This document shows, piece after piece, positions 31,443-41,921 of a stretch of 64,000 nucleotides of DNA (positions within the stretch are counted from its first letter, which is position 1; each line of letters opens with the position of its first letter). Origin of the DNA: Spirochaetia bacterium (GTDB lineage Bacteria; Spirochaetota; Spirochaetia; WTKD01; G963693115); assembly GCA_965226055.1 (NCBI GenBank), contig CBDDCA010000002.1, forward strand, positions 64,001-128,000. Direction: 5' to 3'. Below the pieces are notes generated by a model. That model was not told where the DNA came from. It did not search any database and saw only the letters and a list, made by a program, of their open reading frames with translations. The translations under genes and the position numbers were made by a program.

Positions 31443-32489
31443 TTATTCAGCTTCAATAAAATCTGCAGGGATAAGATAATCTAAATTTGCATGACGAGGA
31501 TCTTTTTTTTGGAGTGATGTTATTCTCTCTATACCAATGTTAGTAATATCTATATTGATAATTTTCCAGCTTTTTGCTTTTTTTTCTAAAAAAAATGTAT
31601 AATTTCGTATTTCTTTTCTTTGATTATCATATACTTTTGATACTAATGCTGCTACTGTTGCTTTTGTGCTTGTTCGTTGTACCTCATCAATAGAAAAGGC
31701 TGTATCTATGAGAAACATATAATCTTCTTGATATGATATATTTTTGATAAATGAAAGAAGTTCCTTGCGTTGCTGATGGTACGCAAGTGTATTGAATTGC
31801 CTTGTATCTTGTACTATATTGAGATAAAATGAATACAGGTCTACAGTACTAAAAAACTCATCCCAGTTGGTGTTTATAGCAGATTGCAATGCTTTTTTTA
31901 CTGCATCTTCAGGATAATAGAATGTTTGTGATATTCTCCCTTCATTTGTATTCTCATTTCCAAATTCAGTTTGAGTAGTGTTTTCAAAGAATGTGGTATC
32001 TTTTACTATTGAAATGAGTATCGGATCAGATGCTGCTTGTATGCTTTTATTATTGAAAGGATAAGGAAAAAAACGTACTGTAATGGTAAATGTTCCCGTA
32101 GAACGAAACTCTAGGTAATTATCAAGCATAATATCAAAAGAATATTTTTTTTCTTGGCTAAGGGATACTGTAGTATGTCCTGTATCTCCATTTGTATAAG
32201 GAGGGGTAGTATTGTTTAACTGTAAGTAATAAAATTGTGTACTAAAAGGGACAGGGAGTTTTAAGTTATCATATGCTTCCACTTTGATATTGTACATTCT
32301 ATTATGTGCCATTTCTATATCTGATGGAAATGGTGAATGCAATGTTACTGTAATTTTTTTAGATTCATTTTCTAAGAATACTACTTTTTCAGGCTCTATT
32401 TGTATGGATATATTATTTGTGTTTTGTTGAGAATGCACGACTATAGGGAATAATATTACAAAAAATAGCATGAGAATAGTATATTTCAT
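31443..32489 (-). CDS. Hypothetical exported protein
   Basis: 348-aa ORF with signal peptide (MKYTILMLFFVILFPIVVHS); no motif recognised. Confidence 0.7.
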   Translation of the reverse strand: MKYTILMLFFVILFPIVVHSQQNTNNISIQIEPEKVVFLENESKKITVTLHSPFPSDIEMAHNRMYNIKVEAYDNLKLPVPFSTQFYYLQLNNTTPPYTNGDTGHTTVSLSQEKKYSFDIMLDNYLEFRSTGTFTITVRFFPYPFNNKSIQAASDPILISIVKDTTFFENTTQTEFGNENTNEGRISQTFYYPEDAVKKALQSAINTNWDEFFSTVDLYSFYLNIVQDTRQFNTLAYHQQRKELLSFIKNISYQEDYMFLIDTAFSIDEVQRTSTKATVAALVSKVYDNQRKEIRNYTFFLEKKAKSWKIINIDITNIGIERITSLQKKDPRHANLDYLIPADFIEAE

Positions 32490-32567
32490 ACAGTTATATA
32501 TATCGGTATATTTATGTCGTAGCTTAAGATAAGCTTAAAAAATATCTTTGTATTACAATAAAGTTAG

Positions 32568-35500
32568 ATGGACTTTTCTCACTTTATAGCAGAACTCAAT
32601 AAGCAAGCACAAGAGACACTTGAACATATTAGGCAGGCTTTTCCTTCTTTTACAAAAGAAGAGAAAAGTATTACTCTGCACAGTGCTCATAGTAGTTATT
32701 TTTCTTATTGGCTACAACAAGCACAGCAGTTTTTTAATAAGAATATGCTTATAGTAACACCTACCGATGAACAAGCATATTTAATGGCACAAGACTTTCA
32801 TCTGTTTGGAAAAGAGGTGTCTGTTTTACCGTCATGGAAAGGAGCTATAGGCAGTGGCATAGCTCAGTACTCCTCAATTTGGGCAGAACGTGCAACAAGC
32901 TTGCATGCTATTGCTCATAATAATCCATCTATAGTACTATGCAGTGTACGATCTTTTTTCCAAATGCTCCCTTCAAAAGAAAATATAAAGAGCATGTCGC
33001 TTTTTGTACAAAAGGAGCAATCTTTAGATAGTACTGAACTTATTGATACATTGAATGCATGGGGATATACAAGAGTTTCGCAAGTTGAAAGTTTTGGGGA
33101 GTTTGCGGTGCGAGGAGAAGTGATAGATATTTGTAGTGACATGTATAACAAAAAAGGGGTAGGTATTCGTATAAACATAGCATATGATGTTGTAGAGCAA
33201 ATTCGAGAATTTTCACTGAATAGTCAGTTAAGCACTCATAGCAAAACGAGTATTCATCTGCACCCTCAAAGGGAGTTTTCGTGGCAACGCGATATGCCAC
33301 ATATACAACAAGATGAAAATGTAAATATGTACAAGCAATGCATAAAACAGGCGTTTCCAGAGATAAACACAAAGTCGCTTATTACGCTTGTGGAAAAGAT
33401 TGAAACTACAGGATATGAAGATAGGCAGTATCTCTATTATCCTTTTTTGCAAGGTACTTATTCGCACATCACTCAATATTTTGAAGAAACTCCATTGGTG
33501 GTATACACACAGTATGAAATGTACCAGAGAGAACAACAACGGTTTTGGGACGAGCTTGAACAAGCGTTTCTTTCTTTTGGGCGTGTCTATCCTATTCCAC
33601 GTGCTTCACGTTTGCGTTCTCTCTTAGATGATGTATGTACTATAGATAGCTCAATTATGGTGTACGCCACAGCAAAGCAAAAAGATAGCATACGTATTGC
33701 AGATGCACCAAATAAGCATTTTGCTTCAAACATGACATATTTTATAAAGCATTGTCAAAAAATGTGTAATAAAGATACAAATAAAGTGTTTGTGTGTGCC
33801 GAAAACGAAGATAGATTAAAGCAGTTGGGTTATTTATGCACAGAAAAACTCACTAATTTAGAAAACTTCTCAATCATCTGTGCAGATTTTTCTCATGGAT
33901 TTTCTCTTACTCATACTACTACAGAACATGAGCTGCAAGTATTTACTGAAATTGATATTTTTGGAAGACGGATGGTAAATGTTGATTCTCAGGCAACTCA
34001 AGCAATTTTCTCTATGGATCAAATGCAGGTGGGTGAGTATGTAGTGCATATTCTCTATGGCATAGGTGCATTTAATGGGATAGTGCGCCGTACTATTAGG
34101 GGAATAGAGCGAGATTATATACATCTTGAATATGCAAAAAAAGAAAAATTGTTTGTTCCGATAGAACAGATGAATATGGTGCAACGGTATATTGGGCAAA
34201 ATGCTGAGCAAGTACAGCTTGATAGTCTGGGTTCGGATAGCTGGCAAAAGAGAAAGAAAGCAGTACAAAAGAAAATCGAAGATATGTCTCATGAGCTGTT
34301 AGAGTTATATGCAAAGCGCAGTAGTTCACAGGGAATAGGATTTTCAAAGATTGATTGGGAGGAACAATTTTTACAAGATTTTGTACACGAAGATACAAAA
34401 GATCAAGCGAGTGCATGGGAAGAAATTAAAGAGGATATGCAAAAATCTGTGCCTATGGATAGATTGCTTGTAGGGGATGTAGGGTTTGGTAAAACAGAAA
34501 TTGCTTTTCGTGCAGCGTTTAGAGCAATAAGCAATGGCATGCAAGTAGTCATGTTAGTGCCAACAACGATTTTAGCAGAACAGCATTACGAAACAGCCTT
34601 AGAGCGCTTTAAGAATTTTCCTGTAACAATAGAAATGCTTTCTCGTTTTGTCTCTAAACAAAAGCAACAGCAAGTGATACAGAAAGTAAAAAATGCTGAT
34701 ATTGAATTTCTTATTGGAACGCATAGAGTGATACAGAAAGACATAGTGTTTGCAAAATTAGGCTTAGTGATTGTGGATGAGGAGCATCGCTTTGGTGTGA
34801 AAGATAAAGAGCGTATTAAACAACTAAAGTACAATGTAGACTGTTTAAGTATGAGTGCCACTCCCATTCCTCGTACTCTCTATCAGTCGCTTGTGCAACT
34901 AAGAGATTTGTCTTCATTACATGTAGCTCCAAAACTAAGAAAGCCAATTCAAACTCACATAGAAAAATTTAATGAAGACACAATAAAACAAGCTATTTAT
35001 AAGGAGCTTGAAAGGGATGGGCAAGTGTTTGTGCTTCATAATAGAGTAAAAACACTTGATAAAATGAAGCTGTTACTTGAAAGGCTTGTGCCTGAAGCAA
35101 CGGTGCTGACTGCAAGCGGACAGATGAACCCTCTTGCCTTAGAAGAAACAATGTATCAGTTTACGCATGGGGCAGCCAATATACTGGTATCAACTACTAT
35201 CATTGAAAATGGTATTGATATACCACGAGTGAATACAATTATTATTGATAGGGCAGATTTTTATGGAATTTCTCAGCTGTATCAGCTAAGAGGAAGAGTG
35301 GGGCGTAGCGACAGACAATCGTATGCGTATCTGTTATATCCCGATGATCTCACTCTGTCAGATCTTGCTCTAAAACGCTTAACTGTGATAAGTGATAACA
35401 CAGAGCTAGGCTCAGGCTTCAATATTGCCATGAGAGATTTAGAGGTGCGAGGAGCTGGTAATCTTTTAGGGAAAGAACAGAGTGGGAGTATCCATGCTAT

Positions 35501-35999
35501 TGGGTATGAGTATTACATGCAGTTGCTTGATAAAACTATGAAAAAGATGAAGCATCAGGATAGCGAAGAAGAAATTGAACCAGTGCTGGAAATAGAATTT
35601 GGAGGCTTTATCCCCGATACCTATATCGCTGAACCCTCGCTAAAAATGTCTTTGTATAAGCAAATTATAAGTACCAATACGATAGAAGAGCATCAGCAGT
35701 TACTGTCTGATATTATCGATAAATATGGAGCTATCCCCCTTGAAATGCAAGGATTACTTTCTTTGTCAACATTACGTATTATATGTAAAAAACTTAAAAT
35801 TACTCAGTTGCGTGAACGTTCTCACAACATTGAGTTACATTTTCAAAAATTATCCCTGCTTCCTGCTGCTAAAATACAACAGTATGTGCAAGATAAAAAA
35901 ATGAAAATACATCCTACGCTTCCTAATGTATTGTTGCTCCCTTGCGATGGATTAACGAAAGAGCAAATATATCAGCATATATGTAGCTATTTTTTATAG
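32568..35999 (+). CDS. mfd: Transcription-repair coupling factor
   Basis: MDRLLVGDVGFGKTE, DEEHRFG, SATPIPRTL, QLRGRVGRS, TRG motif RDLEVRGAGNLLG. Confidence 0.97.
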   Translation: MDFSHFIAELNKQAQETLEHIRQAFPSFTKEEKSITLHSAHSSYFSYWLQQAQQFFNKNMLIVTPTDEQAYLMAQDFHLFGKEVSVLPSWKGAIGSGIAQYSSIWAERATSLHAIAHNNPSIVLCSVRSFFQMLPSKENIKSMSLFVQKEQSLDSTELIDTLNAWGYTRVSQVESFGEFAVRGEVIDICSDMYNKKGVGIRINIAYDVVEQIREFSLNSQLSTHSKTSIHLHPQREFSWQRDMPHIQQDENVNMYKQCIKQAFPEINTKSLITLVEKIETTGYEDRQYLYYPFLQGTYSHITQYFEETPLVVYTQYEMYQREQQRFWDELEQAFLSFGRVYPIPRASRLRSLLDDVCTIDSSIMVYATAKQKDSIRIADAPNKHFASNMTYFIKHCQKMCNKDTNKVFVCAENEDRLKQLGYLCTEKLTNLENFSIICADFSHGFSLTHTTTEHELQVFTEIDIFGRRMVNVDSQATQAIFSMDQMQVGEYVVHILYGIGAFNGIVRRTIRGIERDYIHLEYAKKEKLFVPIEQMNMVQRYIGQNAEQVQLDSLGSDSWQKRKKAVQKKIEDMSHELLELYAKRSSSQGIGFSKIDWEEQFLQDFVHEDTKDQASAWEEIKEDMQKSVPMDRLLVGDVGFGKTEIAFRAAFRAISNGMQVVMLVPTTILAEQHYETALERFKNFPVTIEMLSRFVSKQKQQQVIQKVKNADIEFLIGTHRVIQKDIVFAKLGLVIVDEEHRFGVKDKERIKQLKYNVDCLSMSATPIPRTLYQSLVQLRDLSSLHVAPKLRKPIQTHIEKFNEDTIKQAIYKELERDGQVFVLHNRVKTLDKMKLLLERLVPEATVLTASGQMNPLALEETMYQFTHGAANILVSTTIIENGIDIPRVNTIIIDRADFYGISQLYQLRGRVGRSDRQSYAYLLYPDDLTLSDLALKRLTVISDNTELGSGFNIAMRDLEVRGAGNLLGKEQSGSIHAIGYEYYMQLLDKTMKKMKHQDSEEEIEPVLEIEFGGFIPDTYIAEPSLKMSLYKQIISTNTIEEHQQLLSDIIDKYGAIPLEMQGLLSLSTLRIICKKLKITQLRERSHNIELHFQKLSLLPAAKIQQYVQDKKMKIHPTLPNVLLLPCDGLTKEQIYQHICSYFL

Positions 36000-36029
36000 A
36001 ATACAAAAACCTATATAATAGGAAAAAGA

Positions 36030-36824
36030 ATGCGAAAGAATATCCCTGAGAGCTACAGCTATGTGTATCCTGCTCTTTCTGAAAGAAAAGAATTATCTCA
36101 CTATGCAATACAATCAAATAAAACCTATGCAGTACGTGCAAGCCGAACAACAGATGCACAGAAAAAAGCATACAATAGAGGAATGCAAGAATATGGCATG
36201 TCCTCGCCATTTCTTGAAGCTGACAGTTTACAGAAAAAAATTAGCATGCGAAAGAAACAGTCTTACACAACATGTGTTCTTGACATTGGCTTTGGGAATG
36301 GGAGTACACTCTACAATGCAAGCACTACTTTTTTGGATACCTTGTTTATCGGTATTGAAGTATATGCTGCAGGCATAGGAGCTTTATTAAAAGAGGTATT
36401 GACGCATAATGTAGAAAATATTCTTATATATCATGATGACGCTGTTAAAGTATTATATAACGAAGTGGAAAATGAAAGTATTGATGCTATACATGTATTC
36501 TTTCCTGATCCTTGGCATAAAACAAAGCACAATAAACGAAGAATGGTAAACAAGCAGTTTATGTTGCTTGTATATCAGTTATTACTTCCTTGTAATGGAA
36601 TATTTTGGTTTATAAGTGATAATCCAGAGTATGTACAAGAAGTGCGTACGATAGCACACTCTATTAACACAGCATATGCGCAAACACATGGAATACAGTG
36701 GACTATGCTTGATTATGATGCAAACAAGGAGAGGCTTTACAGTGGGGAAGAACAAACTAAATTTGAACAAAGAGCCCACAGGCTAGGCAATCCAGTACAA
36801 TCTCTTGTGTTGCAAAGAGCATAA
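36030..36824 (+). CDS. trmB: tRNA (guanine-N7)-methyltransferase
   Basis: LDIGFGNG, FIGIEVY, FFPDPWHKTKHNKRR, TKFEQR. Confidence 0.92.
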   Translation: MRKNIPESYSYVYPALSERKELSHYAIQSNKTYAVRASRTTDAQKKAYNRGMQEYGMSSPFLEADSLQKKISMRKKQSYTTCVLDIGFGNGSTLYNASTTFLDTLFIGIEVYAAGIGALLKEVLTHNVENILIYHDDAVKVLYNEVENESIDAIHVFFPDPWHKTKHNKRRMVNKQFMLLVYQLLLPCNGIFWFISDNPEYVQEVRTIAHSINTAYAQTHGIQWTMLDYDANKERLYSGEEQTKFEQRAHRLGNPVQSLVLQRA

Positions 36825-36872
36825 TAAAGATGTATAATAAAGATATATGGTAGAGTATAGCAAACTGTGTTG

Positions 36873-38903
36873 CTACTTCTCTTTCTGTGCATACCGTAAA
36901 AATTCCATGCTATATCTCCCTCTTCCTTCTGTGCTATTTCTTAGTACTGTTGAAAAGCCAAACAATGTACTAAGAGCAGACTCTGCATGAATAATACTTA
37001 TGTTTCCCTTTGTGTCAACATTGTGAATAATGCTATTTCGTACATTTAGAGGTTGCATTGCATCTCCTACAAAATCAGTAGGAACAGTAATAATTACTTT
37101 CATAATAGGTTCCATACATACTACGGTAGCTTTGTGAGCAATAGTATAAAAAGCCTGTGCAGCAGAATAACGAAGTGACATTTCGGCTATACTTTCATTT
37201 CCTTCATAGGATATATCAAGAATATGTACATGGGTGTTTACCATAGGATACCCAAAAGCCACACCGCTTTTCATTGAATCTTCAATGCTGTTTTCGACAT
37301 ATCGTAGCCAAATATCAGCAACAGAGCTGGATACTGCATTACTTATGATATTGCCCTCTTGTTCTGCTGCTCCTACTTGGAGTTCTATGCTTAGCTTAAT
37401 GGCAAGATCGGTTTGTCCGGGAATATGATCTAGTGTATACACTTCACTGTATTGAGAAGTAACCGCTTCTTTATAATTGACAGTGGGATGTCCCTGACGA
37501 ACAGGGAGTTTATAATCATTTTGTATTTTTGTGGCTAATACTTCTAAATGGAGTTCTCCCATGCCAGAAATAAGTATTTGTCCCGTATTTTCATCTTCTT
37601 TATGATGAAAACTTGGATCTTCAATCTCTAATTTTTGTAACACTTCTAATAGTTGTTCTCTATCTGAGAGAGTTTGAACTTCAAGCGTGGTAGAAATGAC
37701 AGGGGCTATGTTCTGAATGCCTTCTAGCATATATGCATCATGAGTAGAGTCGCTAAAGCTCTGTCCTGTAATAAACGATTTAGGGCCAATAAGCACTGCA
37801 ATTTCTCCTGCATGTAACTCTTCGCATTGTGTTGATTTATTGGCATGCATCTTTAAGATACGCAAGACACGTTCTTTTTTTTGTGTATTAGTATTGATGA
37901 CAGTGCTTCCTTTCTTAAGTGTCCCTTTGTATATGCGAACATAATGCATAAGCCCATAATCTTTGTCGACAACAGACTTAAACACAAAGCCAAGAAGGGC
38001 ATTTTTATGCTCTTGCAACGATTTGGTAACATTTCCGCTGGGAGACATTGCATGTAAAAGAGGGGGCGGTGTCTCTTGTGGATAAGGCAAGTACTGGACA
38101 ACAGCATCAAGGAGCGGTTGAACACCAATATTTTGCAAGCTGGAACCACAAAGCACTGGTAGCAGAGCATGCTCTTGCACTGCTTTGCGTAAGGTTTGAG
38201 TTAACTCTTGTTTGCTAATAGCCTCCTCGTTAAGAAATTTTTCGGTAAGCACATCCGAGTATTCTATAATTTTCTCTCTTAAGTGATTGTGCCATGTTTC
38301 TGCTTGTTCTTTATAGCTGTCTCTAATATCTTGTGTGGTATAGATGACTCCGTCACTGTTTTTTTTCCAGAGTATTTCTTTCATCTCCAGTAAGTCTATA
38401 ATGCCCTCAAAATCCTTTTCGCTCCCAATAGGAATGTATAAAGGAAGAGCCTCACTGCTGAGTTTCTCTTGAATATCCTTAAGGACTGCGTAAAAATCTG
38501 CCCCAAGCCTGTCTATTTTATTGATATATGCAATTCGTGCTACATGGTAATGTTCTGCCTGATGCCATACCGTTTCTGATTGTGGCTCAACTCCCGAGAC
38601 AGCACAAAATATGCCAATAGCTCCATCAAGCACACGAAGTGAACGCTCTACCTCAATAGTAAAGTCTACATGACCAGGAGTATCAATAATATTGATACTA
38701 TGCTCGTGCCAATCAATAGTAGTACATGCAGAACTGATGGTAATACCACGATTCTGCTCCTGCTCCATCCAGTCCATCTGAGCCGTCCCCGTATCGACCT
38801 CGCCAATTTTATGCGTCTTTCCTGCAAAAAATAACATGCGTTCGGTAGTGGTAGTCTTTCCCGCATCAATATGAGCAATAATGCCAATGTTGTGAATATT
38901 CAT
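36873..38903 (-). CDS. fusA: Elongation factor G paralogue (stand-alone, EF-G2-like)
   Basis: AHIDAGKTTTTE, RGITI, DTPGHVDF, NKID, GMGELHLE; not in an rpsL-rpsG operon; divergent domain IV. Confidence 0.88.
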   Translation of the reverse strand: MNIHNIGIIAHIDAGKTTTTERMLFFAGKTHKIGEVDTGTAQMDWMEQEQNRGITISSACTTIDWHEHSINIIDTPGHVDFTIEVERSLRVLDGAIGIFCAVSGVEPQSETVWHQAEHYHVARIAYINKIDRLGADFYAVLKDIQEKLSSEALPLYIPIGSEKDFEGIIDLLEMKEILWKKNSDGVIYTTQDIRDSYKEQAETWHNHLREKIIEYSDVLTEKFLNEEAISKQELTQTLRKAVQEHALLPVLCGSSLQNIGVQPLLDAVVQYLPYPQETPPPLLHAMSPSGNVTKSLQEHKNALLGFVFKSVVDKDYGLMHYVRIYKGTLKKGSTVINTNTQKKERVLRILKMHANKSTQCEELHAGEIAVLIGPKSFITGQSFSDSTHDAYMLEGIQNIAPVISTTLEVQTLSDREQLLEVLQKLEIEDPSFHHKEDENTGQILISGMGELHLEVLATKIQNDYKLPVRQGHPTVNYKEAVTSQYSEVYTLDHIPGQTDLAIKLSIELQVGAAEQEGNIISNAVSSSVADIWLRYVENSIEDSMKSGVAFGYPMVNTHVHILDISYEGNESIAEMSLRYSAAQAFYTIAHKATVVCMEPIMKVIITVPTDFVGDAMQPLNVRNSIIHNVDTKGNISIIHAESALSTLFGFSTVLRNSTEGRGRYSMEFLRYAQKEK

Positions 38904-39003
38904 ATATTATAAGTGTAGTATAATACCAGTTTGGAGTGTTGGGGGGAGGCTTTTGTTATTAAATGATTGTGTAAATAATTTAATAATGTGGTATAATGAG
39001 AAT

Positions 39004-40377
39004 ATGGAAGAAGAAAAATTTGATTATAAAGTTGAAAATATTCTTGAATATATTACAGCAGTGAGTGAAATTTATGATGATCTTGCTACTGATGATGATG
39101 AAAAGAATGATAAATATAAAAAAATGCTATTTTTCAGAGGGCATGGAAGTTCAGAATATAAACTCTTACCAAGTCTTTTTAGAGAAAAGAGTAAGTCAAG
39201 AGGTGAGAAAAGAATTCTTGAGGATTATAAGCATCATTTACCAAGAAATATAAACATTAAAGGTTTAGATTTTGATAAAAATAGAGCAGAAATTTTAGCA
39301 GAGATGCAACATTATGGTATTCCTACACGGTTGTTAGATTGGTCACTATCTCCTATCATAGCTCTTTATTTCGCTTTAAAAGGCAGTCATGAAAAAAAAG
39401 AAAAAGGAAAAGATGCTTGTGTGTGGATATTTAATCCTTGGAAGTATTATGATAAAACTATAGGTGAGCAAATTAGGATTATGCAAGTTAGTTTAAAAGA
39501 AGAACTTTTTCGTATAATATATACAAAAAGACTTTATTCTGATTATAGAAGTGATATAGAGGAATGGAAGAAGGCATCTGATCATATAAAAAAAGCATTA
39601 ATTGATAAGCTGAAGGATAAAGATAAACAGGAAATAAAAAAAATTCAACAGAAGATAGAATCTGCTTGTAAAAAATTAATCAAAGAAAAAGAAATAGGTA
39701 AAAAAACATTTTTTAAGAATATAGATAAAAACAAGAAAAGAGAAGATGATGTTAAGAAGTTTATACAAGATGGAATGGATAAAAAAAGGGAGGGTAATAA
39801 AAAAGAATTAAAACATATTAAAGAATATGTAAAATCCCTTGGTATTAAAGAACAAATAATAAATGATGTATTTACTAAATTAGAAGGAGAAATAGAAAAG
39901 AATTATGAACAGATGGACATTGATGTAAATAATATTCTAACTGCTTACTTACATTCTTATTCTTATTCTATATCTTCATTTTCATTAGGACATGCTCTAT
40001 TATCTAGTAACAGCAGGTTCAATGTTTATTACACCTTATTATCAATGCGAGGAGCAATAGAAAGAATTCCTGAAGAAAAAGTATTTCTTAAGATCCTTGA
40101 ATACCCAATAGGATATATTCCATCATACCAAAATGATAGATTAATACATCAGGCATCAGTATTTACAATACACGGAACAGAAATAGATCTTCAGTTGAAT
40201 AAACAAAAAGAGAACTATCAATATTTGCGGAAGATAACTATTCCTGGAGCATTAAAAACAGAGATATTAAAAACATTGCATATGCTCTTTATAAATGATT
40301 ATACTATTTTTCCTGATTTTGAAGGGATGAGTAATCAATTTGAAATAACAAATGGCTTATTCCGTTATCGTGTATGA
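39004..40377 (+). CDS. FRG domain protein with Lys/Glu-rich helical insertion
   Basis: FFRGH...LLPSLFR, MQHYGIPTRLLDWS.SP..ALYFA, NDRLIHQASVFT, TIFPDFEG. Confidence 0.88.
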   Translation: MEEEKFDYKVENILEYITAVSEIYDDLATDDDEKNDKYKKMLFFRGHGSSEYKLLPSLFREKSKSRGEKRILEDYKHHLPRNINIKGLDFDKNRAEILAEMQHYGIPTRLLDWSLSPIIALYFALKGSHEKKEKGKDACVWIFNPWKYYDKTIGEQIRIMQVSLKEELFRIIYTKRLYSDYRSDIEEWKKASDHIKKALIDKLKDKDKQEIKKIQQKIESACKKLIKEKEIGKKTFFKNIDKNKKREDDVKKFIQDGMDKKREGNKKELKHIKEYVKSLGIKEQIINDVFTKLEGEIEKNYEQMDIDVNNILTAYLHSYSYSISSFSLGHALLSSNSRFNVYYTLLSMRGAIERIPEEKVFLKILEYPIGYIPSYQNDRLIHQASVFTIHGTEIDLQLNKQKENYQYLRKITIPGALKTEILKTLHMLFINDYTIFPDFEGMSNQFEITNGLFRYRV

Positions 40378-40480
40378 ATGCAAAGAAGGAGCGGAAGATA
40401 TAAAAAAATCATTTATTTTTTCTTTATATTTAGATATTAATTAGAATTTTATACTATAATTTTCTTTTATTTAGTATCTC

Positions 40481-40522
40481 CTATCATGGATTTTTGAGGG
40501 CACACGAGATGGTAAAACTCCA
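40481..40522 (+). mobile_element. Solo end of the IS481-like element
   Basis: CTATCATGGATTTTTGAGGGCACACGAGATGGTAAAACTCCA resembles 57033-57075 and the reverse complement of 55862-55888. Confidence 0.75.
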
Positions 40523-40540
40523 TTCCCGTGAAATATTCAC

Positions 40541-40569
40541 TTGACATATATAGTGTATATTGATACTAT
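40541..40569 (+). promoter_or_regulatory. Sigma70 promoter of the peptide-ThiF-ThiF-UvrA operon
   Basis: TTGACA, 17-nt spacer, TACTAT with extended TGn; AAGGAG RBS at about 40592-40597. Confidence 0.75.
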
Positions 40570-40603
40570 ATATAATATAACAAATATAATTAAGGAGTAA
40601 TAA

Positions 40604-40807
40604 ATGATAAAGCATAAAAATACCATAGATTTTAATTTTGAAATTCTATCAAAGGCAAAGGAACATGATGCAAGATATTCTTATACTTGTAGCGGAGGTG
40701 TCAGCTATTGTTGTACAAGAACTTGTAGGGGTAATGATCATGTGAGTAATAGCGAAGATAAGTGGGCGACTTACTATAACTTAAATGCAGGAGTTGTACA
40801 ATATTAA
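40604..40807 (+). CDS. 67-aa Cys-rich peptide, putative precursor or substrate of the ThiF enzymes
   Basis: Strong promoter and RBS; core YTCSGGVSYCCTRTCRG; 3' end overlaps the first ThiF gene. Confidence 0.75.
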   Translation: MIKHKNTIDFNFEILSKAKEHDARYSYTCSGGVSYCCTRTCRGNDHVSNSEDKWATYYNLNAGVVQY

Positions 40808-41921
40808 CCTAGATAAAATATATCATCTACGTAATAGCGTAGATGTTTATATTTTTAATAAAAGTATACTTCACTTTTATTTTATCAATACAAGAAAGGA
40901 AGTAAGAATTCAGGTATCTCATGATATAATATCTTTTATTTCCCAATTAGATGGAAAGAAGACAGTAAGAGAGTGCTTATCACAGTTTTCATTAACTGAT
41001 GTTGATGAAAAAAATATAAGTGATTTTTTGCTATTTTTAGAAAAAGAAAATATTATAGCATGTGAATATGAGGATATTTTATTACCTGACCAGATTGATA
41101 GATATACAAGACAAATTACATACATTGAAGATAGTATTTTAGGCAGTAAAGGACAAGCATTACAACAACAGCTTATTAGTAAAAAAGTTTTAATCTTTGG
41201 AGTAGGTTCGGTTGGTAGTGCTATTGCTATTTTTCTTGCTCGTATAGGAATAAAAAATTTTGTTTTAATTGATAAAGATACTCTTGAGTATGGGGATAGA
41301 GTAAGACATCTCTTTTATGAAGAAAAATATGTTCATTCATCAAAATGCAACAGTGTAAAAAAATATTTACAACAGATAGATAGTGATATACAAGTTACTC
41401 CTCATCAGACATTGATACAACCTGATACAGATATAGAAAATTTTTTTGATGGCGTAGATTTTGTTATAAACACTATGTCTACCCCGTATATTCTTTATAC
41501 TAGTTTGAAAATAGAAAAAGAATGCTTAAAAAGAAAAATTCCTCTGTATGTAGCTGGTGGTTTTGATGGGCACTTAGGATCGACAGGTGAATTAATTTTT
41601 CCTCCCCTTACTCCTTGTGTCTCATGTTATATGAATTATTTTTCATCAGCACTTAAAGATTGGAAGCCTAAATATAATGTTGAAGCCATTGATACAAGAA
41701 ACATGAAAAATGCAAATTATGAAACTGGTGGGCTTGCTGGATTATCAATGTTATCTGCTTCGCTAGCAAGTGTAACTATTGTAAATTTTATGGTAGGTAA
41801 CTATCAAAGTATTTTTCGAGGTGAATATGATTTTGAGAATATAAAAATTGATTATATTCAAATGAAAAAAAATAAAGATTGTAAAATATGCAACAAATAT
41901 ATAAACTCAGAAGTTCAATAG
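40785..41921 (+). CDS. ThiF/MoeB (E1-like) family protein 1 with N-terminal RRE/wHTH-like extension
   Basis: DRYTRQ, GVGSVG, IDKD followed by degenerate GDRVRH (instead of SNLxRQ), PCVSC and CKIC Zn ligands. Confidence 0.88.
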   Translation: MQELYNINLDKIYHLRNSVDVYIFNKSILHFYFINTRKEVRIQVSHDIISFISQLDGKKTVRECLSQFSLTDVDEKNISDFLLFLEKENIIACEYEDILLPDQIDRYTRQITYIEDSILGSKGQALQQQLISKKVLIFGVGSVGSAIAIFLARIGIKNFVLIDKDTLEYGDRVRHLFYEEKYVHSSKCNSVKKYLQQIDSDIQVTPHQTLIQPDTDIENFFDGVDFVINTMSTPYILYTSLKIEKECLKRKIPLYVAGGFDGHLGSTGELIFPPLTPCVSCYMNYFSSALKDWKPKYNVEAIDTRNMKNANYETGGLAGLSMLSASLASVTIVNFMVGNYQSIFRGEYDFENIKIDYIQMKKNKDCKICNKYINSEVQ